Part shown: piece after piece, positions 26,115 through 38,473 of the stretch
How positions within the stretch are numbered: the first letter of the stretch is position 1
How the letters are laid out: every line of letters starts with the position of its first letter
Assembly: GCA_964016885.1 (NCBI GenBank)
Contig: OZ024759.1
Span: 27,652,001 to 27,716,000, forward strand
Direction: 5' to 3'
DNA: 64,000 nucleotides
DNA from: Eledone cirrhosa
Taxonomy: Eukaryota
The notes under the pieces: generated by a model
What the model was told of the DNA's origin: nothing
Seen by the model: the letters and a program-made list of their open reading frames with translations, nothing else
Database searches by the model: none
Position numbers and translations under genes: made by a program

Positions 26115-26800
26115 AATAATTGTTTCTACTTTTGGCACAATGCCAGCAATTATCCCAGTGCATTACTGGTACTTTATTTTATAATAATAATAATAATTGT
26201 TTCTACTTTTGGCACAAGGCCAGCAATTATCCCAGTGCATTACTGGTACTTTATTTTATAATAATAATAATAATTGTTTCTACTTTTGGCACAATGCCAG
26301 CAATTATCCCAGTGCATTACTGGTACTTTATTTTATAATAATAATAATAATTGTTTCTACTTTTGGCACAATGCCAGCAATTATCCCAGTGCATTACTGG
26401 TACTTTATTTTATAATAATAATAATAATTGTTTCTACTTTTGGCACAATGCCAGCAATTATCCCAGTGCATTACTGGTACTTTATTTTATAATAATAATA
26501 ATAATTGTTTCTACTTTTGGCACAATGCCAGCAATTATCCCAGTGCATTACTGGTACTTTATTTTATAATAATAATAATAATTGTTTCTACTTTTGGCAC
26601 AAGGCCAGCAATTATCCCAGTGCATTACTGGTACTTTATTTTATAATAATAATAATAATTGTTTCTACTTTTGGCACAATGCCAGCAATTATCCCAGTGC
26701 ATTACTGGTACTTTATTTTATAATAATAATAATAATTGTTTCTACTTTTGGCACAAGGCCAGCAATTATCCCAGTGCATTACTGGTACTTTATTTTATCG
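26115..26800. repeat. 77-bp tandem repeat, about 9 copies, derived from a SINE 3' end
   Basis: The ORF track shows near-identical ORFs every 77 bp; the array runs into the SINE body at 26800-26910. Confidence 0.95.
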
Positions 26801-27157
26801 ACCCCGTAAGGATGAAAGGCAAAGTTGACCTCGGCGGGATTTGAACTCAGAATGAGCCGTAACTCTAAGCATCAAAGCATGGCGTCCGACCCTCTACCGA
26901 TACTGCCAATATATATATATACTGTAGTAAAGGTTTGGTAGAAATATTTAAGAGTAAGAGCACTCAGTCCATAGCAGGAGTTTAGTATAAATAATTACAA
27001 CAGTCACATATACAGGTACACATACCAACACTCACACAAACATGCATACACACACACACACCAAAACAGACGCACCAACATTTAGACACACACACACAAT
27101 ATTTCCTACATTTTGTCTTTTCCTTTTATTTTTTTTTTTCTATTAGATTCTTTTTAC

Positions 27158-27231
27158 CTTTTTATTTCTTGTTCCTGTTTTATTTTCTGGAACTTCTGGA
27201 AGGCTCCTACTCACACGATTTTTGTTTGGTT
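27158..27231 (-). CDS. AKNA: AKNA-family gene small exon (PNKNRVSRSLPEVPENKTGTRNKK)
   Basis: tttcAG / GTaaaa, phases 1 and 0. Confidence 0.65.
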
Positions 27232-27519
27232 CTGAAATTTAGAGGAATTTTACATTTTACCATCTCTCAACCATTTTAAACAATTTTTTAACCATTTTAA
27301 ACCATTTCTCAACCATTTAAAAAAATTTCTTAACCATTGAGTTCTCAAATTTAGAGAATGTTTGTGTTTAACCATTTTTTAACAATTTTTAACCATTTTA
27401 ACTGCAGAGTTTTAACATTTAGACTGAATTTTACATTTAAGCATTTTAAAATCATTTTTAAAGCATTTCTTAACCATTTAAAACCATTTTAAAACTGATT
27501 TTTCTAACTCCCTCTTTGT

Positions 27520-27581
<62 letters not shown>

Positions 27582-27951
27582 CTCTCTCCTTCCCTGGAAA
27601 GATTAGCTGTGTAACTGGATACAAGAGTTGTAATGATAAACTGTTGACCTGGACCTAAACAACAATAACAATACCACCAACATCACCACTAACACCACCA
27701 CTATCACCACCAATACCATCAGCAACCACAACACTACCACCACTACCAACAACAACAACACTACCACCACCACTACTACTACTACTACCACCAACCACAA
27801 CACTACCACCAACAATATCACCACCACCACCACCACCATTACCAACAACAACAACACTACCACTACTACTACCACCAACAATATCACCACCACCACCACC
27901 ACCAACACCAACAACACCACATCTAATCTTATCTACGGCTGATAAACTCAC

Positions 27952-28003
27952 CATTTTTAATTGGTTTAGTATCAAGGGACGCTCCACTTTCTCTGAAGAG
28001 TTT
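27952..28003 (-). CDS. AKNA: AKNA-family gene small exon (KLFRESGASLDTKPIKN)
   Basis: cttacAG / GTgagt, phases 0 and 1. Confidence 0.65.
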
Positions 28004-28486
28004 CTGTAAGACATTTGATGTTGATAATTGATAAAATAGTTTTTATATCATAACAACAATAAACAATTGTTTGATAACAATAGCTTATTGGGGGGGGGGG
28101 GGGGGTGAAGGTCGGGGATGGGGGGGATGAAGTAATGTGGGGGGTGGTTGTGGTGTGGGGAGGTTGTGTGAGGGGGGAATGTGGTTGTGTGATTGGTTTG
28201 TGAGGGATGTGGTAGTCATCATCATCATCATCATCATCATCATCGTTTAACGTCCATCTTCCACGCTTGCATGGGTTTGATATATATATATATATATATA
28301 TATGTGTGTATGTGTGTATGTGTGTATGTGTCTAGAGTGGAAACAACACAGATTAGAAATAGAATACAAACAACTAAGAGGAGACTAATCTTGGCTGACA
28401 TTTTGTTGTGAACGTAAGAGATGAAAGGTTGTAAAGCTGCTGCTCTGTCAGAGATAGTCTAAGAGATCCTCTGGAGAGAAGTAGGC

Positions 28487-28754
28487 AGGGACCTCGTTTG
28501 CCTTAAAAACGTGAGGGGGACAAACCAACATTTGTTGGTTCTTAAAGGAACATGCTTATGGTGCCTTTCTGGGACCCTATCACATAAGTAAAATTTTATG
28601 CTAATTAAATTTTATATATTCAAATGAAGTTCAGAGATAAAAAAAATGAGCTTAAAAAGAATTAATAATATCAAATAAACAAAAAATAAAACATAGACGT
28701 TTGAAAAAGTGGGAGGGACTTGTCCCCTGGTTCCCTGCTGAAACAAGGCCCTTG
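28487..28754. mobile_element. Probable degenerate hAT-type MITE
   Basis: Imperfect TIRs CAGGGACCTCGTTT / AAACAAGGCCCTTG. Confidence 0.4.
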
Positions 28755-28869
28755 GAAGTAGGTATCGAATGATAGCTATTTCTGGGGTCAACATTATGGT
28801 TATTTTACAGGTCTGTGTTTCATTTCCTCAAATGTATCCATGATAATTTGGCTTCATGTATAGACCTAC

Positions 28870-28921
28870 CTTTGTTTTGATCATTTCAACAGATACGCCA
28901 GAATCCATTTCAGTTTTATGT
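28870..28921 (-). CDS. AKNA: AKNA-family gene small exon (HKTEMDSGVSVEMIKTK)
   Basis: tttgtAG / GTaggt, phases 2 and 0. Confidence 0.68.
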
Positions 28922-29443
28922 CTACAAATATTAAAGAATAATACGCAAATATTAACTTTTAGCCTATTAAGTGTGTATACAGTTGTCCCCCAGTATTTGA
29001 GTGGATTACATTCCTAGAGCCCCCGTGAAGAGTGAAAAATCACGATATTGAACGTGGTCCATAAAAATGCCTTATAAACGTCAAAATATAACGTAAAATA
29101 TGCCTAAATCAAAAACTATCACCATCATTAGCAGTATCGGTAGAGGGTCGGACGCCATGCTTTGACACATAGAGTTACGGCCCTTGCCATTCTGAGTTCA
29201 AATCCTGCCGAGGTTAACTTTGCCTTTCATCCTTACGGGGTCGATAAAATAAAGTACCAGTAATGCACTGGGTAATTGCTGGCCTTGTGCCAAAAGTAGA
29301 AACAATTATTAGAAGAACCTTTTGATTATTAATCTAAAGTAGCAAAGATAATGACCCCCTCACCCCCATCTTTCATTAGAAATGTCAAATTATTTTGTTT
29401 ATTGTTGTTTTTGATTTTGTCCAAAATTAAAAGGATATCTTGC

Positions 29444-29517
29444 CTGATATGTTCTCTTCTTTGTTGTTGCTGTTGCTGTTCATTTTGACAAAGTTCTTGT
29501 TTAATTTCTCGGAGTTT
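29444..29517 (-). CDS. AKNA: AKNA-family gene small exon (KLREIKQELCQNEQQQQQQRREHIR), GC donor
   Basis: tctAG acceptor; AG|GCaaga donor gives the phase 2 required by the next exon. Confidence 0.65.
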
Positions 29518-29619
29518 CTAGATATATATATAAAACAAAAAATAAAAAATAAATTGAATATAAGCGGCCGAAATGGGGTTCCTCCAAAGGGTCTTTGGAG
29601 GGAGTGACGTTACTCGATA

Positions 29620-30240
29620 AAGTGTGTAGCTCGGAGATCAGAGAGTCACTCCAGGTAGAGCTGTTACTTCTCCAAATTGTGGGATCACAGCTCTGATACT
29701 ATGGGCATGTGGTTAGAATGTCTCAGGAAAGAATTGCTGGAGAGTTGCTCCAAGTAGAGCTGCTACTTCTCCAAATTGAGAGATCACAGCTCTGATACTA
29801 TGGGCATGTGGTTAGAATGTTTCAGGAAAGAATTGCTGGAGAGTTGCTCTAGGTAGAGCTGTTACTTCTCCAAATTGAGAGATCACAGCTCTGATACTAT
29901 GGGCATGTGGTTAGAATGTCTCAGAAAAGAATTGCTGGAGAGTTGCTCCAAGCAGAGCTGTTACTTCTCCAAATTGAGAGATCACAGCTCTGATACTATG
30001 GGCATGTATGTGGTTAGGGTATCTCAGGAAAGAATTGCTGGACAGATTTTATGGGCAAAACCAACTGGTAGGAGACCCAGTGGTAGACCTCAAGCAATAT
30101 GATTGGACAAAACCCATGAGTTTGGCTGGTCAAGCTTGGGGATCCAGCCGGATCAGTTGGAGACCGTTGCTTCATACAGGACCCATTGGAAGTAGTGTTT
30201 GAGGACTCTTCCCCCAAGACCCTCTCAAGACTAAGTGGGT
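29620..30240 (+). mobile_element. Degenerate RTE-like fragment with an internal 99-bp unit repeated 4 times
   Basis: Unit starts at 29658, 29757, about 29856 and about 29955; PTGRRPSGRP motif; inverse-strand relative at 62640-62910. Confidence 0.65.
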
Positions 30241-30519
30241 GAAACAGAATAAAAAATAAAAAATGCAAGAGAGTGTTGTATGGGTGGGGCAGTGTGGAGT
30301 CATAAAAACAAGGGTTGGTTTCAGATGGGCTCACAGCAAAAGGGATTTAGCCCCATGTCAATACTGTATGTATATGTATGTATGTATTATGTATGTATGA
30401 ATGTATGTATGAATGTATGTAAAAAAAATTTTTTATGTATATATGTGTGTGCTTATACATAGATGTATAGATGAGGCAGCAATAGGCTGAAACATCCATC
30501 ATAGAAAGGTCTTACTTAC

Positions 30520-31017
30520 CTCAGTAATTTGCTTCATCTCCTGGTCATTAAAGCTGCCAGTTGACTTCAGGTGCCAATATTTATCCATCAGTACATTGTA
30601 TTGTGCCAGAAACTTCTCTTTTTTGGCCTCATAGCTCTCATTTGCTATTCCATCTTCTTTGACTCCTTCACCTTCTTCTTTGACCCCTTCACCTTCTTCT
30701 TCGACACCATCCAAACTATTCACTGAACCAGGTCGGTCATTCGAATGAAACGGTTCTTTCAAATTGTCTTTTGGGTTCTGATATTTATCTTCCAGTTCAT
30801 CAAATCTCATTTGGAGATCAAAGAGATAGCCTTCCAGTTCTTTGTCTTCATCAAACACAATGGCACCACTGACGGCGCTGTTTATCACAAATTCTTCCTT
30901 AATGTGGAGGTATTGTCGTCGTTGTTTGTTCTGCTCTGTGTAAATCTCTTCAAAGAATTTCTTCTGATCTTCGTTGCTCAGCCGGTTTTGTTGCAACAAT
31001 GCTTCCAGAGAATTCAT
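30520..31017 (-). CDS. AKNA: AKNA-family gene exon carrying the AKNA domain
   Basis: FDEDKELEGYLFDLQMRFDELEDK matches the AKNA-domain motif FDP..ELE.EI..LG..LEELK; AG acceptor, GTaagt donor, phase 0/0. Confidence 0.85.
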
Positions 31018-31102
31018 CTTAGCAACGAGGAAAAGAGAATAAGTGTAAAAAAAAACCCACCAGATAAAGAGTCAGAGAAATGGAGAGAGATAAAAGGATT
31101 TG

Positions 31103-31633
31103 TTAACCCTTTAGCATTTACATTACTCTATATTTATTATTGTATTTTTGTGGTAAACACTTTACCTCACATAATACTGAATCTATGAGATTTTGATATT
31201 ATTTATTTTGAAAACAATACCTTTTGCCAACACTACACCTGATACCCTACCCCCTCCATACACACACACACACATGTATATCACTCTGTTCATTTTCCTG
31301 ACATTTGTACATTATTCTATGTACTATACATGCACCTTTTATGAGTTGTAGTGCACCTGGGCATTGTACACAATAATTTCATGTTACGGCCCTTTATGAT
31401 CTGAGTTCAAATCCTGCCGAGGTTAACTTTGACTTTTATCCTTACGGGGTCGATAAAATAAAGTACCAGTCACGCACTGGGGTCGATTTAATTGACTTTC
31501 CCCTCCCCCAAAATTGATGGCCTTGTGCCTATATAAGAAACCATTATTGTCAGTATAAGCAACCAGTTACAGCCAGTTTGAGCAGAAAGTGGCGAGAGAA
31601 TTCTGACTGGATATGGCTGGTTTAAAGGGTTAA
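31103..31633. mobile_element. TTAA-flanked (piggyBac-like) MITE interrupted by CR1 and SINE pieces
   Basis: TTAACCCTTTA...TAAAGGGTTAA ends. The family recurs near 5960-6150, 9950-10060, 11810-11865, 44057-44487, 61235-61445 and 61910-62130. Confidence 0.6.
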
Positions 31634-31659
31634 ACAAAAGTCAACAAGGTAATTCTTAC

Positions 31660-31820
31660 CATTTTTTCAAGATTATTTGCTTCCTTCAACAACACCATCT
31701 TAATACTTTCTGCTTTTGATAAAAAATCTTGGGTCTCTACACCATTTTTACCTCCTTTTCGTTGTAATTTCTTGGACTGGTTATTTACATGGGAAACTGT
31801 CTTTGTAGACCCTACTGGAA
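31660..31820 (-). CDS. AKNA: AKNA-family gene exon (PVGSTK...KEANNLEKM)
   Basis: ctttcAG acceptor, GTaaga donor, open frame, phases 1 and 0. Confidence 0.78.
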
Positions 31821-32545
31821 CTGAAAGAATTGGATATACAATGAAAATGAAACGTCTATCACATCATCATCATCATTTATCATCATTGTCATCATTGTCA
31901 TCATCATCATCATCAGCATCATCACCTTTGCCGGGAATTGAACTCACGACATTATGACTGAGCTGAATATGCTAACCACAAAGCCACGTGGCTTCACAAG
32001 ATCTTAAAGGCCACGCTTTAGTCAAGAGAGTAATGTTTCACTTAGACACTTGACCTAAATACCAAGCTACACCCTAAACAGCCAAGCTTTGTATGCAATA
32101 CAATGCACACTGAAAACTGCACTTACTTAACAGGAGACAACAACAACAAAAGCAGCAACAATGATAAAAACAACAACAGCAACAATAATGACAACAAATA
32201 AACACTGCCCCCACCCCCACAAAAAATTAACAAAAAAGAAAAAAAAACATTGTAAAACCAAAAAAACACTGTCAAATCAACCCCCCTCCACAAAAATCAC
32301 CCCCCCCCCCAAAAAAAACCCACTGTAAAATCACCCTCCCCCCAAAACACTGTAAAATCACCCCCCCCCCCAAAAAAAAAACACTGTAAAATAACCCCCC
32401 CGCACCAAGAAACCCTGCAAAATTACCCCCCCACCACCAAAAGTCCTGTAAAATCGAAACCCCCCCCCCCCACACAAAAATAATAATAATAAATAAATAA
32501 AAAAAAATAAAATAAATCTAATACTCTAAATTAATTAGTGCATAC

Positions 32546-34578
32546 TTTCATTTCTGCTGTCCTGGTTCGTTAAGAAGTTAGACTGTAGAGGTGTTGATGT
32601 TACTAGGGGCCGACAGAAATTGATGCTATTGACAAAAGTCTGTGATCCACTCCTAGAGCCTGTCAATGGAACTGAGCTGGCACCGAGACGGATCTCATCA
32701 ATCGTAAGAGCAGCACTGGCATATCTCGTGAGTAGATTACTGTATTGATTCTGTAACTCTTCAACAAGTTCGGTGGCTTTTTTCCTTTTTTCCGATTCTT
32801 GGACAAGCTTGTCGTTGAGTTCGACAATGGAAGGGAAAGTTGAAAGATTTTCCATCGATCCTTCGTCGATCTGAAGTTTATTAAGTTCTGTAAGAGATTT
32901 GTGTTTTGGTTTTACTGGAGTTAAATGCTGAGATATATCAGTCACACTCTTACTTTTGGTCCGAGAACTCTTAAGATTTTCCACAGATGACGGCTTGAAA
33001 TCTATATCTACTTCACCATCTTCTTCTTCTTCGACTGCTTCTTCTTCTTCTTCTTCAAGAGTCACATCTTTGTTTTCTGTGAAGTTTATTTCATTCTCTA
33101 TATTTTCAGAGATTCCACAAGCACTCATTCTCTTACATTTATTACTTACAGATTCTGACATAGTTGTTTTATTTGATGTCTTTACTTCTTTGGAAATTTC
33201 ATCAGTTTTTATTCCATTATTGCCATTGGACATTTCTTGATATGCATTCTCCATTTGTCCTGTTTTCACATTGGTGACATTTATTACAGAGAATGTATCT
33301 ACCTGTATTCTACCTGTCGAGTTTATCTCATTTTCATCTCGAGGGACAGTTAAAAGTGAAGAAATGTCTTTGTCTTTCCCTTCATCATCAAACTGACTTT
33401 CCTCCCGACTATCAGTAGTATTAATACCATCTTTATCCCTGTCTAAATTGTGAGTATAGTCACCAAGACACACCTGTAATCGATCATTCAATCCATGCAG
33501 TCTATTCTCAGAGACAGGAGACCCGACTATAGATGAATAGTTCCAAAAAGAAGAGTTAGGATTCGTTACCAAACTAAACCTGTTTCTTTCAGTTATTTGT
33601 TTTCTATTGCAGGAAAATGAAATTTGAGAATCTTCTCCAGAATTATTGCAAGATGGAAAATAATGGTTGCAGTTATCTTTATTAACAGAATTGCCAATAC
33701 TGGATAATTCCGGACTGGTTCTGTTGCTGTATTGTGAGGAAACATTCTTATCTGATCTTTGCCCAGATTCTGAAACTCTTGAATATATTGATACCTGGTT
33801 TTCTGATTCTTGAAGCAATATATGTTCCAATGGCTTCTCTTCACCAAAGTCTATATGTTCCGATGGCTTCTTTTCACCAAAGTTTATATGATTCAATGGC
33901 TTCAGTTCACCAAAGTCTATATCTTTTAATGGTTTCTCTTCATCAAAGTCTATATGTTTCAAAGGCTTCTGTTCACCAAAGTCTATATGTTTCATTGGCT
34001 TCTGTTCACCAAAGTCTATATGTCCAGTTATCAGAAAGAGTTCGTCGTCTTCATCTGATTCTCTACAGAATGATTTATTCTGCCTGTTTTCTCTTAGCAT
34101 TCCATTACCTGCTGCCCACTGCTCTTTGACAATGGGGGAGGATGACATTGATTCATTCAGTGACGAGGAGAGGTGAACCATTTCAGAGGGACTTTCAGTA
34201 TCTTTGAAGTAATTTTTAACATAAAATTCTTCTTTATTTTCTACCAACTCCTCGTCATTGTTGCAATCCTCATCACTGTTATCATCAACCTTATATTTAT
34301 ATGGTTCTTTAGGTTTTTCCAAAAGAGCAGCGAGAGGATCCTCATCGAAAGAATTATCAAACTTATCATTGGAAACATCTAAAGATGTTTTTAAATGTTG
34401 CAATGAGTATTTAGGGTGGCTGATTTCAGAATCTCTGTATTTCAGACTCAAACTTTGATTATTTGGCTGCAGACTAAATCTATTTTTGTTGTGGAGGACA
34501 ATACCAAGAGAGATATCATCAAGTTTCTCTGGGAAATCTTTTTCTTCATCGGATACTTCCAAATCACTGATGCAGTAT
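32546..34578 (-). CDS. AKNA: AKNA-family gene, large 2033-bp exon: acidic/Ser-rich region plus conserved coiled coil
   Basis: Part of the 747-aa ORF; poly-T/cAG acceptor, GTatgc donor. ELQNQYSNLLTRYASAALTIDEIRLGA matches the AKNA motif LQEDYHRLLTKYAEAENTIDQLRLGA (recalled). Confidence 0.85.
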
Positions 34579-34786
34579 CTGAAAAAAAAAAAAAAAAAAA
34601 AAAAAAATGACACTACTATATAACATGTAAACATGTAGGAAAAATTTGAAATTTGAAATGTAATCATGCCAACACAGAAGACTATAATAATAGTTGACAA
34701 AAGTGGGTAAAATTCGGTAAAAACAATGATGACAATGATGGTGATGGTGATGACAACAATGATAAGTACAATGATCATGATGATAT

Positions 34787-34818
<32 letters not shown>

Positions 34819-34862
34819 CTAAAGTACTGCCAACAACAACAACAACAACAACAACAATATAC

Positions 34863-35043
34863 CTGGTTTCAAATGATGTGTTCTCTTCTAAAGTATATTG
34901 ATGATGTGTTTTTTCAGACTTGGTGTTTGACAGTCCAGGCTGGTCTGTAGGACCCCTGCCACCCTGAAAGAAGGTGCTGCTAAGTTCTAGGCAATCATTT
35001 CTACCATCTTGGACAATACCATTTTCATCTAACAGCAAATCGC
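34863..35043 (-). CDS. AKNA-family gene exon (DLLLDENGIVQ...SFETR)
   Basis: ttgttgcAG acceptor, GTatat donor; phases 1 and 2 match neighbours. Confidence 0.72.
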
Positions 35044-35178
35044 CTGCAACAACATAAAGATTGTCTTACTACTAATTTCAAGATTTTTTGTCTAACCATT
35101 TCATTGCCATATTTTTAATGAAATACAACACACACAAAATTAACTTTGTTGAATAATTAACAAACCAAATAACTCATT

Positions 35179-35220
<42 letters not shown>

Positions 35221-35955
35221 CAAGAAAGAAGAGTGACACGGTTTGCTATACAAAAAAGGTTTTTAATCTCATTGCTGACAATTATTTCTCTGAACTGGTA
35301 GGTCTAGAGATCGCTACCCGCTTGTTTTCACGTTATTCGATCACCAATACAAAGTTATAACCAGTCAATTCATCGAAGCTCCGATGAATTGACTGGTTAT
35401 AACTTTGTATTGGTGATCGAATAACGTGAAAACAAGCGGGTAGCGATCTCTAGACCTACCAGTTCAGAGAAATAATTGTCAGCAATGAGATTAAAAACCT
35501 TTTTTGTATAGCAAACCGTGTCACTCTTCTTTCCTGATTTATCATTACTCCAAGTGTTTACAACATAGGAATTACAGCGTACTCGCAACATCACTATGGA
35601 AACGTCTTGTTGAGTCAAACTTAGCCAAGCGTTGATATCATCCACTACCTGGAGTACCATAACTGGGCTACACTTAAGTGGATTACCTATAACAATAATC
35701 TGTTAACCCGTATATATATATATATATATATAAACAATGAGTTATTTGGTTTGTTGATTATTCAACAAAGTTAATTTTACAACTGATTAGAAGCACTCAA
35801 CAAAATTATCTGGAGTATCATTAATATCAATAATATTAATAAATCCTCATTAGCATATTTCCCTTAAGTGTTCAACATCTCTATTCACTATCCTCACTGA
35901 ACTTATAACATGAAGTTCACATGAAGATATGTCACTATCTTAACACCAATTATTA

Positions 35956-36016
35956 TATTTTATCTGACGAAAGCGTACTTAAAAATTAGTACCCTAGAAA
36001 TACGTATAATAAAATA
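35956..36016 (+). ncRNA. Type I hammerhead ribozyme motif, family 2 (second copy)
   Basis: Same core, with 8-bp helix I tattttat/ataaaata. Confidence 0.72.
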
Positions 36017-36582
36017 AATATGGTTTTATAAAGATATTTTCCATTTATTAATATTATATATATATATATATATAAAATAACAGGAGGCTGGACTAGTGTA
36101 AATCCTTGAAAGGTTTATTATACTATGATCATTTCAATGACCAGGTTCAGTATGAATCCGGTGACATCAGATATTCAAAATATAACAAAGGAATATAACA
36201 CATAAAATCCATGGGGCTGAAAATCAGAGACAAGAGGACGACCGACTATTTAGCAGCTTCTACCTCGGTTGGGCGCCCCCAAATATATATGGGAAGGTGT
36301 GTGCAATTTAAATTAAAACCTTCCCTCATAATAAGAAACTTACATTAAGTTACATCTTAGTAATGAAATAATTAATCATTTTAGTAAATCCCTCGAAATT
36401 TTTCATTAATTAATTAAAATAGAGTATATTTCATTAAAAATGTAGTCATGAAAGGGTTAAACTTACCCAGGATACACTTTAACAAAAATATTATTAAGAC
36501 AATATAAGGGCAGTGCCCCAGCATGGCCTCAGCCAGATGGCTGGAACAGATAAAAGAATAAAAGAAAAGTTTTAAACCTTAC

Positions 36583-36672
36583 CTGGGGTACAATCCAACA
36601 GTATACCATTATCATCAATGAAGAAATCACAGCTATTTCCATACATTCTGTCCACTGTGTTGTTATATAGAG
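36583..36672 (-). CDS. AKNA-family gene, most 5' coding exon found (candidate ATG at 36646: MYGNSCDFFIDDNGILLDCTPG)
   Basis: Pyrimidine tract plus AG acceptor, GTaagg donor, phase 1 fits the next exon. DFFIDDNGIL resembles DLLLDENGIV in the next exon. The true start may lie further upstream. Confidence 0.6.
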
Positions 36673-36900
36673 CTTCATTATGAAATGAAAAAAAACAAAC
36701 AAAACAAAATAAAAAAAAATAATAACAAAAGGAAAAGACAATAATATATACACACACACACACATATATATATATGCTGTCGAAACGGCTTGAGCTAAGC
36801 CGTCGGGGTCCTACTTGTTCCTATTACCCATTCTACTAGCCTAAGTATCGAGTACTTTGGTGCGTTATGGTCCATCTGGTTCCTTACCACATTTCCTTCG

Positions 36901-36970
<70 letters not shown>

Positions 36971-37038
36971 AAACCCATGCAAGCGTGGAACATGGACGTT
37001 AAACGATGATGATGATGATATATATATATATGTGTGTG

Positions 37039-37372
37039 TGTGGAGGCACATGGCTTAGTGGTTAGAGCATTGGCCTTATAATCGAAAGGTTGTGAGTTTA
37101 ATTCTCAGACCGGGTGATGTGTTGTTTCCTTGAGCAAGACACTTTATTTCACATTGCTCCAGTTTACTCAGCTGTAGAAATGAGATGATAGGGGCTGGGG
37201 TCCCTATCATTCCACTGCAAAGTGGTCGTGAAGGTGCCAGGGCAAAAAAAGCACCCGCCACTAAATGAGGTTGGTGTTAGGAAGGGCATCCAGCTGTAGA
37301 AATCAAGCCAGAATCTGTTCCCGTCCCACCCTTGCAAGCAGGGAAAAGCAGACGTAAAATGATGATGATGAT
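37039..37372 (+). mobile_element. tRNA-headed SINE with RTE-like 3' tail and (GAT)n end
   Basis: A box TGGCTTAGTGG, B-box-like GAGTT(C/T)AATTC, CCTTGAGCAAGACACTT core. Copies at 25219-25612, 38783-39160 and 17165-17460 (-). Confidence 0.8.
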
Positions 37373-38406
37373 ATATATATTTGAAAAAGTGAAGAATAAC
37401 ATGTTGACAGGAATGACTGTGTGGTGAAAGAGTTAGCTTTGCAGTCTCATGGTTTTGTGTGGAGTTCTCCAGAGTGGCACCTTTTATTATAGTCTCATGC
37501 TAATCTGTCTTGTGAGGGAAATTTTGTAGTATCATCATCATCATCACCGTTTTACGTCCGTTCTTCCACGCTGGCATGGGTTAGACGGGTTGTCCCGTTG
37601 TGGGCAGTGTCTGGTCGGCTGACCATGCCTTGCTCATACAGGAACTGATCTGGCTTGATTTCTACAGCTGGGTGCCCTTCCTAACACCAACCTCATTTAC
37701 AGTGAGTACTGGGTGCTTTTTCGTGGCGCCTACACATCCACTTTACAGTGTGGGCTGGGTGCTTTTTTGCCGTGGCGCCTCCACGACCACCTTGCGGTGG
37801 GGAGTGTGGGGGCATATTGTCTATATGCTTCAGCTTGTACCCATGGGAGGTCGGGTACTCTGTATTACTGTGTGACGCCAGAAGTGACGGTCGTGTGTCA
37901 TTGTCTTTGAGAGGTGGGTGTATATATATATATATATATATAAAGGGCGGTGCCCCAGGATGGCCTCAGCCGGATGGCTGGAACAGGTAAAAGAGTAAAA
38001 TACCATCATCATCGTCATCATCATCATCATTTAACATCCATCTTCCACACTAGCATGGGTTAGACGGGTTTGTCTTATTTGAGGCAAGTTTGGTCGGGTG
38101 ACCGTGTCTCGCTCATATAGGAATGTTTCTGGCTGGTTTTCTATGGCTGGATGCTCTTCCTAATGCCAACCACTTTACAGTGTGTGCTGGGTGCTTTTTG
38201 TCGTGTCTCCTACACAACCACTTTACAGTGTGTGCTGGGTGCTTTTTGTCGTGTCTCCGACACAACCACTTTACAGTGTGTGCTGGGTGTTTTTTGGCGT
38301 GTCTCCTACACAACCACTTTACAGTGTGTGCTGGGTGTTTTGTGGTACCAACATAACTTTACAGAGTAAGGGTGACATGGGCAGAAGGGGAGAGAGATGT
38401 AGGGTG

Positions 38407-38437
<31 letters not shown>

Positions 38438-38441
38438 ATAT

Positions 38442-38473
<32 letters not shown>

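Noticed and set aside
26120-26844. Eight near-identical 61-75 aa ORFs
   Set aside because: Artefact of the 77-bp tandem repeat.
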